NCBI RefSeq assembly: GCF_044704955.1
Contig: NC_091980.1
Coordinates: 215,202,001 to 215,266,000 of the forward strand
DNA: 64,000 nt
Source: Pristiophorus japonicus
Lineage: Eukaryota
Direction: 5' to 3'
The position numbers and the translations under genes are program-made. Below are positions 62,150-64,000 of the stretch, piece by piece. The notes beneath the pieces were generated by a model that searched no databases, had not been told where the DNA came from, and saw nothing but the letters and a program-made list of their open reading frames with translations. How positions within the stretch are numbered: position 1 is the first letter of the stretch; each line of letters opens with the position of its first letter.

Positions 62150-63228
62150 TTCATTTTTTTTTATTTATTCATTCACGGGATGTGGGCATTAGGGCAAGGC
62201 CGGCATTTATTGCCCTTCCCTAATTCTCCTTAAGAAGGTGGTGGTGCAGTTCTCCTACAGTGCTGTTAGGTAGGGAGTTCCAGGTTTTTGTCCCAGCGAC
62301 GACAAAGGAACAGCGACATATTTCCAAGTCAGGATGGTGTGGCCCTTATCCTTCTAGTTGGTAGAGGTCGCGGGTTTGGATGGTGTTGAAGAAACATTGA
62401 CGGGTTGCTGCAGTACATCCTGTAGATGGTCCACATTGCAGCTACATTGCTTTGCTGGTGGAGGGAGTGAATGATTAAGATGGTGTTGGTGGTGGTGTTC
62501 CCATGCGCCTGCTGTCCTTGTCCTTCCAGGTGGTAGAGATCGCGCGTTTGGGAGATGCAGTTGAAGCAGCATTGGCGAGTTGCTGCAGTGCATCTTGTAG
62601 ATGGTTCACACTGTAGCCATGTTGCGCTGATGGTGGAGGGAGTGAATATTTAAGGTGGTGGATGGGTGCCAATCAAGTGGGCTGCTTTGCCCTGGATGGT
62701 GCTGAGTCTCTTGAGTGTTGTTGGAGGTGGACTCAACCAGGCAAGTGGAGAGTGTTTCGTCAAACTCCTGACTTGTGCCTTATATGTGGTGGAAAGGCTT
62801 TGGGAGACAGGAGGTGACTAACTTGCCACAGAATACCCAGCCTCTGACCTTCTCTTGTAGCCACTTGTATATTTATGTGGCTGGTCCAGTTAAGTGTCTG
62901 GTCAATAGTGACCCCCAGGATGTTGATGGTGGGGGATTAGACAATGTTAATGCCACTGAATGTCATGGGGAGATGGTTAGACTCTTTCTTGTTGGAGATT
63001 GTCATTGACTGGCACTGTGTGAATGTTACTTGCCACTTTTCAGTCCAAACCTGAATGTTGTCCACATCTTGTTGCATGCAGGCACGGACTGCTTCATTAT
63101 CTGAGGAGTTGCGAATGGAACCGAATACTGTACAACCATCAGCAAACATCCTCACTTCTGACCTTATGATGGAGGGAAGGTCATTCATGAAGTAGCTGAA
63201 GATGGTTTGGCCTAGGACACTGCCCTGA
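62150..63228 (-). mobile_element. HER1-like LINE 3' fragment(s)
   Basis: Minus-strand tail ...GGGCAATAAATGCCGGCC...CCCACATCCCGTGAATGAAT; QGSVLGQTIFSYFMNDLP..MFADGC, WQVTF. Confidence 0.75.
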
Positions 63229-64000
63229 GAAACATAGAAACATAGAAAGTAGGTGCAGGAGTAGGCCATTCGGCCCTTCGAGCCTGCACCACCATTCAAT
63301 ATGATCATGGCTGATCATGCAACTTCAGTACCCAATTCCTGCTTTCTCTCCACACCCATTGATCCCTTTAGCTGTAAGAGGTACATCTAACTCCCTTTTG
63401 AATATATCTAATGAACTGGCCTCAACAACTTTCTGTGGTCGAGAATTCCACAGGTTCACAATTCTCTAAGTGAAGAAGTTTCTCCTCATCTCGGTCTTAA
63501 ATGGCTTACCCCTTATCCTTGGACTGTGACCTCTGGTTCTGGACTTCCCCAACATCGGGAACATTCTTCCTGCAACTAACCTGTCCAATCCCGTCAGATT
63601 TTTATATGTTTCTATGAGATCCCCTCTCATTCTTCTAAATTCCAGAGAAAATAAGCATAGTTGATCCAATGTTTCTTCATATGTCAATCCTGCCATCCAG
63701 GGAATCAGTCTAGTGAAGCTTTGCTGCACTCCCTCAATAGCAAGAATGTCCTTCCTCAGATTAGGAGTCCAAAACTGCACACAATACTCAAGTTGTGGCC
63801 TCACCAATGCCCTGTACAAGTTCAGTAAGACCTCCCTGCTCCTCTACTCAAATTCCCTTGCTTTGAAAACCAGCATGCCATTTGCTTTCTTTACTGCCTG
63901 CTGTACCTGCATGCCTACCTTCAATGACTGATGTACCATGACACCCAGGTCTCGTTGCACCTCCCCTTTTACTAATCTGTTACCATTCAAATAATAATCT
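63229..64000 (-). mobile_element. CR1 LINE 3' part, runs off the window
   Basis: YRALVRPQLEYCVQFW; gaaacatagaaacatag tail. Confidence 0.92.

Overview
Eukaryotic, transposon-saturated DNA, most likely from a shark or ray. The evidence is the HER1/HE1-like 3' tails, a Deu-domain SINE, CR1 LINEs ending in (TTCTATGT)n and Harbinger-type MITEs. The only host coding sequence I can support is two short minus-strand exons (52754-52904 and 40379-40461) of a TPR protein that looks like TTC6; the rest is intronic. The window holds many CR1 LINEs, four Gypsy-type LTR elements, two PIF/Harbinger transposons, several GGG...AAATT MITEs, one RTE LINE, one Penelope fragment and a SINE, often nested. Two things stand out. 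(1) At 12619-15501, four diverged ~0.7 kb Tx1-clade retroelement 3' ends form a head-to-tail array. All four start at the same base and are separated by a regenerated 13-14 bp target site (TTCATAGCCACTT) inside a Harbinger transposon, with mosaic sequence between units and conserved 3'UTR hairpins. (2) At ~23950-24617, a CR1 copy carries a sharply bounded block of A>G changes on its sense strand, the pattern expected if an ADAR-hyperedited RNA was reverse-transcribed into the genome, and it lies inside a chimeric CR1-Gypsy-CR1 insert. All alignments and counts were done by eye; no database searches were run.
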